The notes below the pieces were generated by a model, which worked only from the letters and a program-made list of their open reading frames with translations, searched no databases and was not told the DNA's origin. The translations under genes and the position numbers were made by a program. Source: Klebsormidium nitens (taxonomy: Eukaryota; Plantae; Klebsormidiophyceae). From it: a stretch of DNA of 58,696 nt. Shown here piece by piece: positions 12,201 to 24,831 of this stretch (position 1 is its first letter; each line of letters opens with the position of its first letter). The stretch covers positions 1-58,696 of the forward strand of contig DF237500.1 of the NCBI GenBank assembly GCA_000708835.1, given 5' to 3'.

Positions 12201-14497
12201 CTTCCGCTCAAGTCTCGAGGCTGACGCTGACTTGAGCGCAAGGGTCTGATTGCTCTTACGATCCCTTTCACCAACGTCGTCCGGGTAAAACTCGCGGAAC
12301 GAAAGTCTCACGGTAAGGTACAAGCTATGGTCTTCTCGCAGTCATACTTCTGCTCATGCGTGACTTGCTTCTGACACAGGTCAGCCGAGAGCTCTTCAAT
12401 CCAGAATTCGCCCTGTTTCGCACCGCCCCCGCCGACCGCAACCGCCTGTTCCCCAACCTCAACTCCGATGTGAATCCCGGGCATCTCTCCTACTTCCGCT
12501 TCTGTGGCCGGTTCATCGCTCTGGCCATCGCCCACGAGATGCCGTTGGGAATCACGCTCTGCTCGGCGCTCGCGCATGGGCTTCTGAGGCGCCCGGGAGA
12601 GTCCCCCGGGGGGCAGAGTGTGGGGCACTTCGCGGCCCGGGACATCGACCCCGAGCTGTTTGAGTCGTGCGAGCGGCTGCTGCAGCTGCCGGAGAGCGAG
12701 GTGAGCTTTGAGTCTTTGAATATCGTCATATCAAAGGGCCGCAACTTCGCATCAGCATCATATCTGGTCCCATATCGGGTTGCGTTGCAGGTTGCAACGA
12801 GCTTTCTGGACGAAGGGCAACACGTGGTTGCTGCAGTGAGCGGGTCCTCAATGGGCTCGTTTTTGGGTTTGATAAGGCTTTGGGCTAGAGACTGAGCTGG
12901 ACGCTCTGCCAAACCAACCTGTGCTGACCCGTGAAACCACCGCAGCTTATTGCACTGGGTGATTCTGGTAGGTCAGGTTGCGAACTCCGGGATTCAGGAT
13001 GCAGGGATATGGCTTCGTTCGCACTCCAATCTGTAGGATTGTGCAAAGTCGAAGCAAGTGTATAAACCCACAGATGCTGTCACGCCAATGCCGGATCAGG
13101 GCGTGGAATCTCGTGAATTGCCGCCGGTTGTAGTTGTGCTGATTCTTCGTTGACTGCCGGCATGATTAACACTCTGTAAGCTACGAGAAGGCGCACGAAA
13201 GCCTGTTGAAACAATGGTCCTATACTTAATGGACGGCCCGCCCAAAGCGGAAGACATCTGATTTTAGCCTTCCTCTTTTCCAGGTTGCGCAGCTCGGCCT
13301 GACTTTTGTGTACACGACTGAGCGCTTGGGGGGCCATACCGAGCAGGAGCTGTGCCGGGGGGGCCACGACAGAGAGGTGACCGCCAAAAATCGGGCGGAG
13401 TTTGTCAACCTGAAGGTCCGGAAGCAGCTGTTGGAACCTGTGCGCCCGCAGATTGCTGCTCTGAGGGAGGGCTTACAAAGTCTGCTGTGTCATGGCGGCA
13501 AAGAATGGCGGGAAGCGTTTGGCATCTTGACGGAGGAGGTGAGCAACCTTTAAGTTGGTTCTTAACATTTAATCTCTGAAGTGATCACTAACTGTAGAGG
13601 CAGGCGAGTTCCGAATGGAACGAAAAGGACGACGCGGAGCGTTTTGTAGATGCAGATTTACGTACTTTGCTGCATGACTTCGCTTCGCAGCCACGACGGT
13701 TTTTGGTCTTTGGTTTGTGGTCTTTGGTTTGTGCAGGGTTGTGGGTCGGACTCAAATGAATCTGGAGACGAGAGTTATTGAAAAGGCATGAAGTCGAGGT
13801 ACCATTGTTGAGCAAAGCATGGCAAGCCTAACCCGTTTATATCATCTTTTACCTGAAGATTTTCTCATTTTAGACGACCGACGTGTGAAGAAAGTCTGAA
13901 AGTTGCTAAGACCTCGATGCATGTCATGCCGTCAATTTGATCCTTATCGTTTGCACTTGCATATGCTCATATGCGGCGCTTGTCTCTAACTTTAAAAGAC
14001 CTCGAGCACAGATTGGGTCGGTAATGGGCTCCACAAGATTCTCAGTCAAGAGAGGCCTCAAACTCAAAAGGTTTCCGACAAACTGTTGCATTCCTCAGAT
14101 TGTTTATTGCGTGCAGGAATTCAACTCCTTGCTACACGGCTCTACTGCGGACATCTCCATCGAATATTGGATGGAGCACACCACCTACCATGGGTACACT
14201 GACGAGCATCCTGTCATCCAGAACTTCTGGCTGGCTGTCCAAAGCCTGAACCCCGATCAACAACGCAACTTACTGTTCTTTGCTACCGCCGTGCGGTATC
14301 TTCCTTCCATAGGCTTTGCCGGCCTGTCCGAGCGCTTTCACATCCACCACACGGATGCCGCACCAGAGAGCCTTCCCAGAGCGCACACATGCTATTTTCA
14401 ACTAGTGCTTCCCGCTTACGGTTCTTACGAGCTGATGAAGCAACGGTTGATGACAATAGTGCAGCAGCACGTTGTGGAAGGGTTTGGAGAAGTGTGA
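9249..14497 (+). CDS. HECT E3 ubiquitin-protein ligase with N-terminal ubiquitin-like domain (UPL5-like architecture)
   Basis: Exons 9249-9673, 10112-10327, 10786-11806, 12380-12700, 13284-13538 and 14117-14497 splice in frame. UBL: VQFFVKSLSGETL...GSTLVMRVRLR. HECT: FQNEAGLGPGVIREFF, LFNPEFALF, YFRFCGRFIALA, FWLAVQSL, LPRAHTCYFQL (catalytic Cys). Confidence 0.9.
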
Positions 14498-14996
14498 CGA
14501 AGCCAAACATCAGTGTCATTTTAGGGGGGTCGTTGAGATGGACATATACACTGAGATCTGGGCTCGCTCCTTCGGTGAGAAGCGCTCGCTGAAGGCAGTT
14601 GCAATCATGATAGATTTGAGCATCTATTGCAAAATGCAATTTTTCCAAAGCCTATTGCTAAGATACTTTTTTAGAAAACCTACAGTAAGCTGGGCCCGAC
14701 GTATGACGAGCTCGGATTGTTTGGACATGAAAGAGTACACATGCAGTTTCCAAAACCCTTCGCGATTGCCACCCAATTGCCATAAATTGTTTTGGACCAT
14801 TCGTGTATCTGTATCTGGTTATGATGGAAAGCTGCCTGGCAGCTGGACTCCTTCGCCATGCATTCGATTGTCAAAGGACTTATATTATGGCATGTCGTTT
14901 GATCTTTCCTCTGCAATGCACAATGATCAGCGCAGCCAAATGAGTCGAGGGAACGACAATATGAGACGGTGAGCATAATCTTAAATTTCTGGATCA

Positions 14997-15032
14997 TAGA
15001 TCTGACCGTCGATCGACCGACGGTCAGATCTA
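14997..15032. repeat. Perfect 15-bp-stem inverted repeat (hairpin)
   Basis: TAGATCTGACCGTCG (14997-15011), loop ATCGAC, CGACGGTCAGATCTA (15018-15032). Confidence 0.9.
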
Positions 15033-15381
15033 GAGATGTAAGGCAGACCTGAAGTAGTACTAAACTAGCTATTTACGGTAGGTAATATATCAAAAATGCG
15101 GGGTACTATATGCATGCACCATCACATGTGATGCGTTAAAGAACTTAGCCCAATGATGCAATGAATTGCACACTTTCGCTCCACTCAAGTCGGACTTCGA
15201 CTGTTTCCACGGATGTTTGCGGCCACGAGTTTGCTTCATGCAAGACTGGTCCGCTAAGCGCGTAGCTCAAGCTGAGTTGGTGCTGACTCGACGACTCGTG
15301 ACTCGTGAGTCGTGACTCATAGAGATACGGTATCCTGACTGTCTGCTCAGTGCTTCGGGCTCATTCGAATTTCGGCGGCTA

Positions 15382-15705
15382 CCCGTACGACCAAGGTATG
15401 ATTCCGAATAAATAAATAATTATTTGCATTCGGAAAGTTGGAAACTCCGGATAAGCAGTCGGATTCTGCTTTTTCGGAAACCAAAAATAATTGCTAAAAC
15501 TCATTCGGACAGTGACTTCCAAGGCCGTATAAGCATACGGTACGTACCTTTTACCGTTAACCGCCTGGAGAATATGGGTACCTAGGTACCTCCTGGCAAA
15601 TCGGATTTGGGTTCGGAAAGTGGAAAATAACACATCATTTGGGCTCGCATTCGTCAAAATAATTGCCTTTTTTGAGCATTCGGAATCATACCTTGGTCGT
15701 ACGGG
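15382..15705. mobile_element. MITE with 28-bp perfect TIRs and TA target-site duplication (Tc1/mariner-superfamily-like)
   Basis: TA|CCCGTACGACCAAGGTATGATTCCGAAT ... ATTCGGAATCATACCTTGGTCGTACGGG|TA. 324 bp, no coding capacity evident, not seen in duplication copy 2. Confidence 0.85.
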
Positions 15706-16499
15706 TATTACACCCTGGGCAAGTCCCTGGGCAGTACCCTCTACCTAGTATCGATACTATCTACCGGTAGGTGGAATTGAACTGGGCTCCGAATTGGCAG
15801 GATTTATGTCGACAGCGCAATCATTGACACGGCTTCATAGAATCTCAGTTCCACCGCACAACCGTCGATGGCTTTGAAAACAAGCAGCTGGACGGTTCAA
15901 CGTCTGCCAATTGGTGGCCCAGCTAACGTCAGCAGCTTGCTGACTTTTGACTCTTGAGCGCCTCTGGGGCGACACGTCCCATCCCCTCCACCAAATTGCA
16001 CTAAGCAATGTCCAGAAACACCAGCCGGTGCTTTTTCCAGACGCTCAAACACTTGGAAGAAAGGAGGGAAGACGCCACCGCAGGAACTTCTGTAGTGTCT
16101 GCTTCTTTTAGAGGCGGTGGCCAGTTGAGCCAGCCAACAGATTTGCCCAGGTTTTGCCGCATGCAGCCAAGCACAGGAGGATCCGGAAGAAGCGCACTCT
16201 GACACAGTCTATGTCGTGAAAGGTGGTTGACACTTCCTGAAAGTAGGAAGATTCGTTTGGATTCAGGGGTTTGCAATTGCCTGAAAGTGCATAGCAGTTG
16301 AACAATTGTTTTGCGCAACTAAGCAAACTGGCGTGCCGCTTCAGCCGGCGCCACCGAAAAGACCGTCGCAATTATTTCCTTTGCACGTGAATTTACAGCT
16401 TCTATCGACAAGAGAAAGCAACCTGCTTTTCCAAAGACAACAATCTCCATTGAGACTAAACCGGCCAACATCTAGCTCATCGATCCAGTAGCCGCCAAC

Positions 16500-19400
16500 A
16501 TGACGACCTCAGTGTCCGGGTTTCTGACCAATCTGATCACGAACATCGTGATTTTCGTGTTGCTCTTGGTCGTTTTTCTCATTCTCTCAAGGAAGGCAAG
16601 CCTGGCTGTCATCTACTACAGCAGGCGCATACTCAGCGGGGTTGGCCCACCTGAACCTAAATCCAGAGGAACCTTCCAATGGCTGACTGATGCATTTCGT
16701 ATGAGCGACACAGAGCTTGCAGAAAGAGCAGGCCTGGACGCACTAGCTTATATCACGCTCTTCAAAACAGGTGAGTGTGGGCCAGATTATGTGGTTTCTA
16801 TTGATGAATGCAAAATGAGTTACTATGGCTTGTGTTTGGATGGACTGACTGTGGAGGTGATACATGAACAATACCTCAAAGCTCATCTATTTTCTGTTGG
16901 CTCTTTTGTGACCAGTCCAGTTTAGCAGCTCCTCTTGCTGACTGGCCCTGAGGAAAAGTTGACACGAGTGAATCCTTATTCAGCCCTTGCTGTCCGACCT
17001 CCTTTCGTGCTTCTGGAGCTGATGAATGTTACAGGGAGTTATCTTCAGAGTCAGTGCTGCTCGCTTCCTGTGCCTGTCTGCGCTGCCTGAGCTGCCAGCG
17101 ATGGTCCTCTTATGATCCCTGTTCTCTGCAGTAATCATTGAGGTGCAGGATGTAGCTCACAATCGTTTTGCTTGCAGGTCTGAAGATTTTTGGAGCATCC
17201 CTCTTGTATTGCATCATCATTGAGCTGCCAGTCAATGGTAAGATTACATTTTCCAGGCACTGCCCCTTCGTCAGGCTTTGCTCACGCAGGCTGCTGAACC
17301 GACTGCAAACTGTGTTTCCCTGGTCGTTTCCCGACCGTTATTTTCTTCTCTCTTGCAACGTTGAGGGTTTGCACAAGATGAGTGATACAGTACACTTGCT
17401 AGGAGAGACTGAAGGCTAGTGCACAAACTCAGAAGTTTAGCTGAAAATTGGTCACCATGTCCTACGACTAGTGACCTGTCATGTGTCTTTAATTGGCATT
17501 AGCAGCCTGCACCTGACTATGTTTGTTTGAAGCTTGGGGTGTTCATTTGTCGCTGAACGCTTTCCTGTGGGGAACAGCTCAGAGTCTTCATGAGGTGCAC
17601 TCTGGCTCTGTGGAACAATCTGCCTGATAGATCTCTCTTGCATTTTTGCTCCAAGTCTTCATTGCATTCTGGTTTGCTTCTTACAGTCACCGGAAATTAT
17701 TACACTGACTACAACAAGCAGCCCGGCGTCTTGGGGGACCCAAATAGGGAGCTGCAGTTCACAAACTTTGACAAGATGAGCATGGGAAACGTAAAAAAGG
17801 TATCAGCAGCTATCTCTTCTCTCATGGATATGAACATCTGTGCATTCTTGCTGAGAGGTACAAGACCATGCAGTTGAATCTCTCTGAGTGGCTAGTTGGT
17901 CAAGTTCTTCAGCATTGTGAGATGCACAGTTGAATCCCAGACCACACAAATGAGAATGTCACCGGGTCTTTAAAGCACCAATTGGCGGCCAGCTATGGAT
18001 TCTCCTCCCAGTCCATATGTGCAATATCAGAAGTCGGGTGTAAGTACGCTGCATTGCATCTCAAGCCACACAGATGCTGGACTTTGACACCACCTGACAG
18101 CTTCAGAACTCTCAAACGAGGATCACTCTGCAGGGCTCCTCGCGCCTCTGGACGCACGTGATCGCCGCCTACTGGGTGGCTTTCGTCTGTTACTACATTC
18201 TGTACACCAGCTACAAGAACATGTCCCACATGCGGGCCCAGTTCCTGAGCTCTTTCGGTGCCAGGGCGACCGTGCGGCAATATGCGGTGCTAGTGACGGA
18301 CATCCCTGCGAGTGAAAAAGCGGATCGCCACTCCCAGGTCGATAGCTTCTTCCATAAGCTGCACCCAGGGACGTTTGAGCGGGCGCAGGTCATTACGAAG
18401 CTGACCAAGGTGAGAGGTCGTTCTCTCCATGGTTTGGTCTACTTGGTTATAAGTAGTCTGGTGAAGGGTGCGAGGACCATGCTCTTAGATGAATCTGCTT
18501 GGTTTGCTGTGCTTGGCAGATTGTGCGAACGATATAAGCGGCAGAGATTGCAGAAGGTTAGTTTGGCAGATTTGTTGTGGTTTACGGGAGTGTTTGCGCA
18601 GCGGAAACTCCTGTTCTGAAGGAGCTTTCGACCCCCTGGAATGTGCTGTTGCACATGCGAGAGCGAGGCAGTGTGAGAGAGCTGTCACAGGGGGCGGGAT
18701 CGTTTGTTGGTCAATCGTGAAATTCACTAGGATCTTTCGGAAGAGTTCAGAAGTCGCTCTCTGGATCTCATGTAAAAAAAGCTGTTGCTGTGAGAGCTAT
18801 CTGAGATGTCTTGCACAACTTACCAGAAATAGATCAACAAAACATTGAGCCGTTCGACCATCATATACTGACGAGGAGAAAAGCCGATTCGCTCATGGCC
18901 TGAAAGCCACCTTTCATGGCGGCTTACTTGTAACGAACATCAAGCAGATATCTTGCCCGACCTTTTCTGACCATCCTTCCAGGTTGACAAGAAGTACAAG
19001 GAGAAGGAGAAGGTGCGCCGGAAGTTGGCCCACGCAGAAGCCGCATACGCAGAGGCGCAGAAAAAGAACACAGAGAAGGCCAAGAGGCCGCAGCACAAGA
19101 CCGGGTTCCTTGGCCTCGTTGGAGAGAAGGTAAGGCCAGAGAGTGCAGGAAGTTTCTGTAAATGCCAATTTGCAGCCTGTCCGCTCTGCTTGTGACGTCA
19201 GTTCCTATCGTGGGTGCCCCTCGAGTGTGTGTGCTTCACGGCTGGACACGGTCCTGGTCTTTCTTAGGTACTATGTTTGGCTCCGGTCTCTGCCTGTGGC
19301 GCCAGGAGTATTCAAGCGTACGGGCTACGCAGAACCAGTACCGAAGCGTTGAAAAAGACCTCTCAGCCGGTCCGGCACGCCCATCGTTCTTTTGTTAAGT

Positions 19401-22400
19401 AAACCCGTCTTTTAGAAAGCAAAGATCACTAAAGCTTATGAATGGTCACTTCTCTCCCCTGCAACTCAAGAAGTTACGGCCAACCGGAATTTTACGTAGG
19501 CCGGGCACTTGTTCCCCCGCAGGTCGACACGATTGATTGGTGTCAGAAGCGGCTGGCGGAACTCGGCCCGGAGCTGGCGGAAGAGCGGCGAAAGACGGTC
19601 GCCGAGAGGACCATTGACGCGGCGCTCGTCTTCTTCAATTCGCGCGCAATTGCGACGATGTCAGCGCAGGTACGGATTCAGCTTTTCTGCTTGTGAATGA
19701 TGCTCCGCTGTGTAAGCTCCGCCTGCATGTGCGGACTGTGACGTTCCTTTCTCTACGTGGCGCTATAGCCTCACAGCTTTTTCAGCGTCTGATATTCGCA
19801 TCGTAAGCAGTACTCGTATGCTAAGTTTGCCGTTGGAAGCTCCAAAGATTGCTGAGCATCGTCTACGACGATGTTTCGGATGGATCACACGCACCGGGCA
19901 GCAACAGAATATATCCGGTCCTTTTCTTTCGCTTTTCAATGGAGCGAGTCCTCGCTTGACATGTGTATTCGCGTGCTCGAGCTACCAGTTTGTCCACCTT
20001 TTCCTGCTCTCGACGCTCTCGATGTTCTCGACGCTCAGTTTGCTTTCTCAGGACGTCCACATTCACTTAGTGACGTCACCCTGACGTCACCCACTCCTCC
20101 TCCTCCGCAGTCAGCGCACGCCCGCAAGGCCGAGTCGTGGCAGACGCAGTTCGCGCCGGAGCCGCGTGACGTCATCTGGGCCAATCTGGGCGTCAGCTGG
20201 TGGGAGAAGTTCGCGCGGCAGAGCCTGGTCTACGGCGCCACGTTCCTCATCATCTTCTTCTACCTGATCCCCATCACCATCGTCTCCGGCTTCAGCACGC
20301 TGGACAACCTGAAGAAGTTCGCGTCCTTCCTCAACCCAGTCTTTGACATGTGAGTAAAACTCGGTCCTCTCTCGAACCTCTTTCATTTGTCAAGGAACGG
20401 CCTTTTATCTTTCCTCACCCTGTCATCGACAAGACACTGAGGTCTTGTTTTCTTCAGAACCTGAAGACGATATTCGAATAATTTGTGACGTTCAAGCTTA
20501 AGTGTACGGACCACTGCAAGTGTCCTTGTTAAGATGGATGCGTATGAGCACTTACAAGCGCCATTTTGAGCACATATGCGGTGCTTTTCAAACGCTTACA
20601 CTGCTGTGCAGCCGCTCCTTTGGTGACGTCAGACCCGCAGGCTCTCTAGCTCTTCTGTCCAACACACGAACGGTGGGCCCTTGATTCGCCTCACCTGCTC
20701 TAACACCCTACCTGAATCTGACGTCATGCTTTGGGCATCACAGCGGCCCGGTGAAGGCCATCCTGCAGGCGTTCCTGCCGCAGTTGGCCCTGCTCGTCTT
20801 CTTGGCAATCCTGCCGAAGCTGCTCCTCTTCCTCACCAAGCGCGAGGGCGTGACGTCACTGTCGCACGCCGACCGCGGGTGCGCCGGCAAGGTGCGCGGT
20901 GCCAGTAATACTGGAAAATTTTTGACCTTCTTGTGCGCACTTGGAAAGTTTGTCGAAGTGATCGGAGCCACTTGCACTGGGGTAGGGATCCGGGAGAAGG
21001 GTTCGGTTAGCAGAGGGGTTAGCGTGGTGTGGTTTTGGAGCGTGCATTCTCCGGCTGGGCTTTTGACTAGGTGCCCAATTGTGTGCAGATTGCTTTTAGT
21101 TCAATGATGAATTGGAAGTATCTCGTGTGCTTTTATGGCGCCAGCTAGACAAAAGGGCAGACTTGGCCGGAACGAAAGCAAACCGTTTCCGCAGCTATCC
21201 CTTCACGTGTCCAATTCTTGGGCCTTTGATTGCGGGCAGCGTCTTATACCCTCTCTGCTCGACACTGCAAATGCTTAGGCTGAGGTCGTCAATCTTTTTA
21301 ACAGCAGGGATCAATTCCATGGCGTTTCTTTCGATCATGGGTCACTTCTGCAACACATGTAACCCTTTCTGCGCAGTACTACTACTTCATGGTGTTCAAC
21401 GTCTTCCTGGGAGTCACGGTCGCGGGCTCCGCTTTTGGGCAGCTCAAGCAGGTGCGAACACCATCTTTCGTTGTTGAAGTTTTGAGCAGCCTAGCCGTTG
21501 AGATGTGGTTGGTGGTTTCTCACTGCTATGCTGCCGTTCTGCGTATGCGGATCAGTCCTAACTCCAATTTGGATTTTCGGCGGATGCTCGGTAAGGCTGC
21601 AGCCAAAGAAGTCTGGTTGTCGTTCTTTTCTTCAGAAGTGTCGACCTTATGATTGCTGGCTGCATTCGAGCTAAAGTCCACCCCCTTCGCATAAGTCTGA
21701 CTCATTGGATGCTCAGGCTCACCTCATCAGGCTCACCTCAGAATGCCTAACAATTCTGCGAAGGTTACTTCCCTAAATGTTCAAGAGCCCGATTGTAAAC
21801 GTAACTTCCTTTAGAACTCCGATCCTGACTAAGCCTCACAGTCCCCGGGAAATTTATCACTTACTGGTCCAAATTTAGAGATTGAGAGGTTAAGCGTTTG
21901 CTCAATCCACCCCCCAAATTCTCTTCCGCAGATGACCGAGAACCCAACCGGGATCGTGGACCTCCTGGGGTCATCCATTCCCCAGCAGGCTACCTTCTTC
22001 ATAACTTACATCGCGCTCAGCGGGTTTGTGGGCTACGGCCTGGCGCTCTCCCAGCTGATTCGGGTGGTTATCTACCTGGTTAAGCTCAAGTTCCTGGTTA
22101 AGACCGAGGAAGAAAAGCGGGACTCGTGGGCGCCCGGGAGCTTCAGCTACGGGTCAACCGTGCCCAAGGACCTGCTCATCGTGCTGCTCGGATTGTGAGT
22201 CCCGGGCACAATTGCCTTGGAAGATGAGTTTGCGTCGACAAGGCTGCTTAGAGTTGGGATTATCTTCGGCGCTAATTACGGGTTTGTGGGTTTGTGGGCT
22301 AGTAAGTATGTGCAAGTTATCAACCTCTGTAACCTAAAGGAAACATCTGTAACCTAAAGGAAACAAAAGCCTCATTGGTCCAATCGAAGGGGCGAGCGCT

Positions 22401-24831
22401 ATCTTGGACACGGAACGCCCTTTCAACTGGATCCGAAACAACGCGCTTTGTTGATGCTTTTGGGCACATTTGCTTCCGTTCTAGCGTCATAGGCCTTTGA
22501 GTGTGTATTGAACAGCTTTCAGCGATAATGTCATCGTAGGTATAAATAAATGTATCGTAGAACAAACATCCCACCCCTGCCCGTCACGCGTAAAATTATC
22601 AAAGGTCGCCGGCTCTTCTTCTCCTATTGCAAAGCACCGCCCAAACGAGCACGGAATGCTGGCCCGAGCTCTTCCATCCCGAACGCGAGACGCGCGCGCT
22701 TGTAATTTGTACAGCTTTACAGCCCTGGGACCCTTTTACACGAAGCAAGCCGTCTTCACTTTCAGATCGTGGGCTGGGTCTTCTTGTTTCTTCTTACCTA
22801 TATATTGTTTCTGATCGTTATGTACGCTTGTGCAGGTGCTACGCGGTCATCGCTCCGATCATCATCCCCTTCTGCATCGTCTACTTGGGTCTCGGGTACA
22901 TCATCAACAAGAACCTGGTGAGTAACGGGTCAGTTGACATGAAGTGGATGGAAGAACCCGCTCGCCGGGATTATTGTCACTTGTGATTTAAATTCCTATG
23001 TCGACGTTGGGATCGTATTCCAGAACCCATCCAAATGCTTTATTTCGACCTGCACAGAAGTCTGGCTCCTCGACGTGTCAGCCGCTTAATCTCTCGACTC
23101 CTGAAACCAAGTATCCGCTCCAAAGCCATCTATTACGGTTTCTTAACCCCTTGATTACGCTTCTCCACGTCAGCGTCTTAACCCGCAGCCGTTAAAAAGC
23201 AATGTTTCCGAGTACGAGAGCTAAGCATGGCATAGACCGCGCTAAGTCAGTTGTCCGCTCACTTTCCAAGTTCTTGCGACGCAATCCGGCAGCCCTCCCT
23301 TGAATTGACAAAGTTTCGCGTTCCAGAAACCACTTCTCAACCCCCATGACTACCGTGCAGAAGCTGAGGACTAAGATCTTTGAGGACGGGAATCGACGCC
23401 GCTGCTCAAGGACTCGAAGCCGGGTTTCCACAACCCGCTCGAATCTCGATTCCTGACGGGTTCGTTTCAGGGGTTCCAAGGGATTAGACACGAGTACCAA
23501 CCCAGTTTTTAAACCGCAGGCGCTGGAGGTGGAGGTCTCCGATTAACGAGAGTGGCGGCCGCACTTAACTCACAGCCGATTATCCTCTCAGAAGCAATTT
23601 CTTAAGGACTCTGCATCTTACATCTTCGCAACAGAGTCTGGACCCACGTGTCAACCTCCAGGTGTTGGAAGTTATAATCGCCGAGTACGAAAGCTAAGGG
23701 ACGGCTCAGACTGCGCAAAATCCCATAACCCGCTCTTCATATATTATAAAGCTTGTGAAAAGATAGCCGCAGCCCGAAGGGCAGCCCTCTCGGAACCTAT
23801 CTCTCTTTAACCCACCCATTAACCCGCAGGCGCTGGAAGTGAAGGTCCCCGAGTACGAGTCCGGCGGCCGCATGTATCCCCACATCCACAAGCGCTTCGT
23901 GGCGTCCCTGTTCATTGCGCAACTGACGCTGCTGGGCTTCATGGGCATCATGAAGTTCACAGCCACGCCGGTTATGATCCCGTTACCGATCCTAACCGTG
24001 GTGTTCCACCTGTTCACTAAGAAGTGCCTCGAGCCGCGGTTCACGTCGACGGCAATCGAAGTCGCGATCCAGGTAAGCGGCAGCAGCTTGTGCACCGAGT
24101 TTGCAGACGAGTCTGGCTCATGGAAAACGTAGTGACCCTCCTGAGACTTTCCACGTTAATATAAGGTTTCTGAGGTATCTGGCTGTGGAGATCTGAACTT
24201 TTCTTCGGACGAGTACCTTAACAAGAGACTACGTGCCGGTCATCGAGAGGCCGAATCAGTTAGGTCGCCGGGTCATCTTTGGTCAAGCCTTGGATTCAAT
24301 GAAAGCGGAGTCAAGTGAAGGGCGTGAAGCTCTGCAGAACATCGCGATCCGGCTGAGAGGTCGCTTGTTTCCCACATCTTTTTCGTTCTGCACTTTACGA
24401 TTTACACCCCTGAGGTTCTGTTTCCTTGTCCATTCATTGGAGAATTTCGGCAAACCTGCCATTGACTGATGACAAAAATCTTACCACCCTCGTTCACAGC
24501 CAAAAGGGATATGCAGCTCGTATATACGCTATAGTGCGGTACTCCTTCTGTACGTTGCCCGGTTGTTTCGGCTCCGTTTGTGGTGGTCGCTGGCATTGCT
24601 TACCATTCAAAGGGTCTGGTAGTCCTGGCCACACTTTGTTCACACCAGGATGCTTTCTGTGAGCAGGAGGTGAGTGAGGAGCCCAGTATTCAGGAGGTCA
24701 TGGCCGCTTACACGCCGGAGTGCATGGCGGGTGAAAACGAGGACGTCGAGTCTTCCTTCTCTCCAGCGAAGGCGTCATCCAGGGAGCATGAGACGGCGTT
24801 GCTGAACGGTGGCAACAGAAAGGTTGTCTAG
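16500..24831 (+). CDS. ERD4: CSC1/OSCA-family mechanosensitive Ca2+-permeable channel, ERD4/OSCA3-like (copy 1, intact)
   Basis: 13 exons: 16500-16770, 17178-17237, 17687-17799, 18134-18409, 18983-19129, 19523-19669, 20111-20349, 20744-20891, 21377-21451, 21932-22194, 22836-22917, 23830-24072, 24667-24831. Motifs AGLDALAY, FDKMSMGNV, RLWTHV, QYAVLVTDIP, RPQHKTGFLGLVGEKVDTIDW, APEPRDVIWANL, QQATFFITYIAL, PEYESGGRMYPHIH. Confidence 0.92.
23511..23700 (+). repeat. Two degenerate intronic copies of the OSCA1 exon-12 acceptor plus exon 5' end
   Basis: 23511-23575 AAACCGCAGGCGCTGGAGGTGGAGGTCTCCGATTAACGAGAGTGGCGGCCGC and 23651-23700 TCAACCTCCAGGTGTTGGAAGTTATAATCGCCGAGTACGAA, versus the real junction AACCCGCAG|GCGCTGGAAGTGAAGGTCCCCGAGTACGAGTCCGGCGGCCGC at 23821-23870. 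Confidence 0.85.

Noticed and set aside
13700-13735. Short tandem repeats (TTTGGTCTTTGGTTTGTGG-type; also TCTGTAACCTAAAGGAAACA x2 near 22326 and CTTTGTGC(C/T)TCACAAGTTGTGGG x2 near 46540)
   Set aside because: Ordinary two-unit intronic slippage repeats. They are not CRISPR-like because they have no spacers, and they are not tied to exon junctions.
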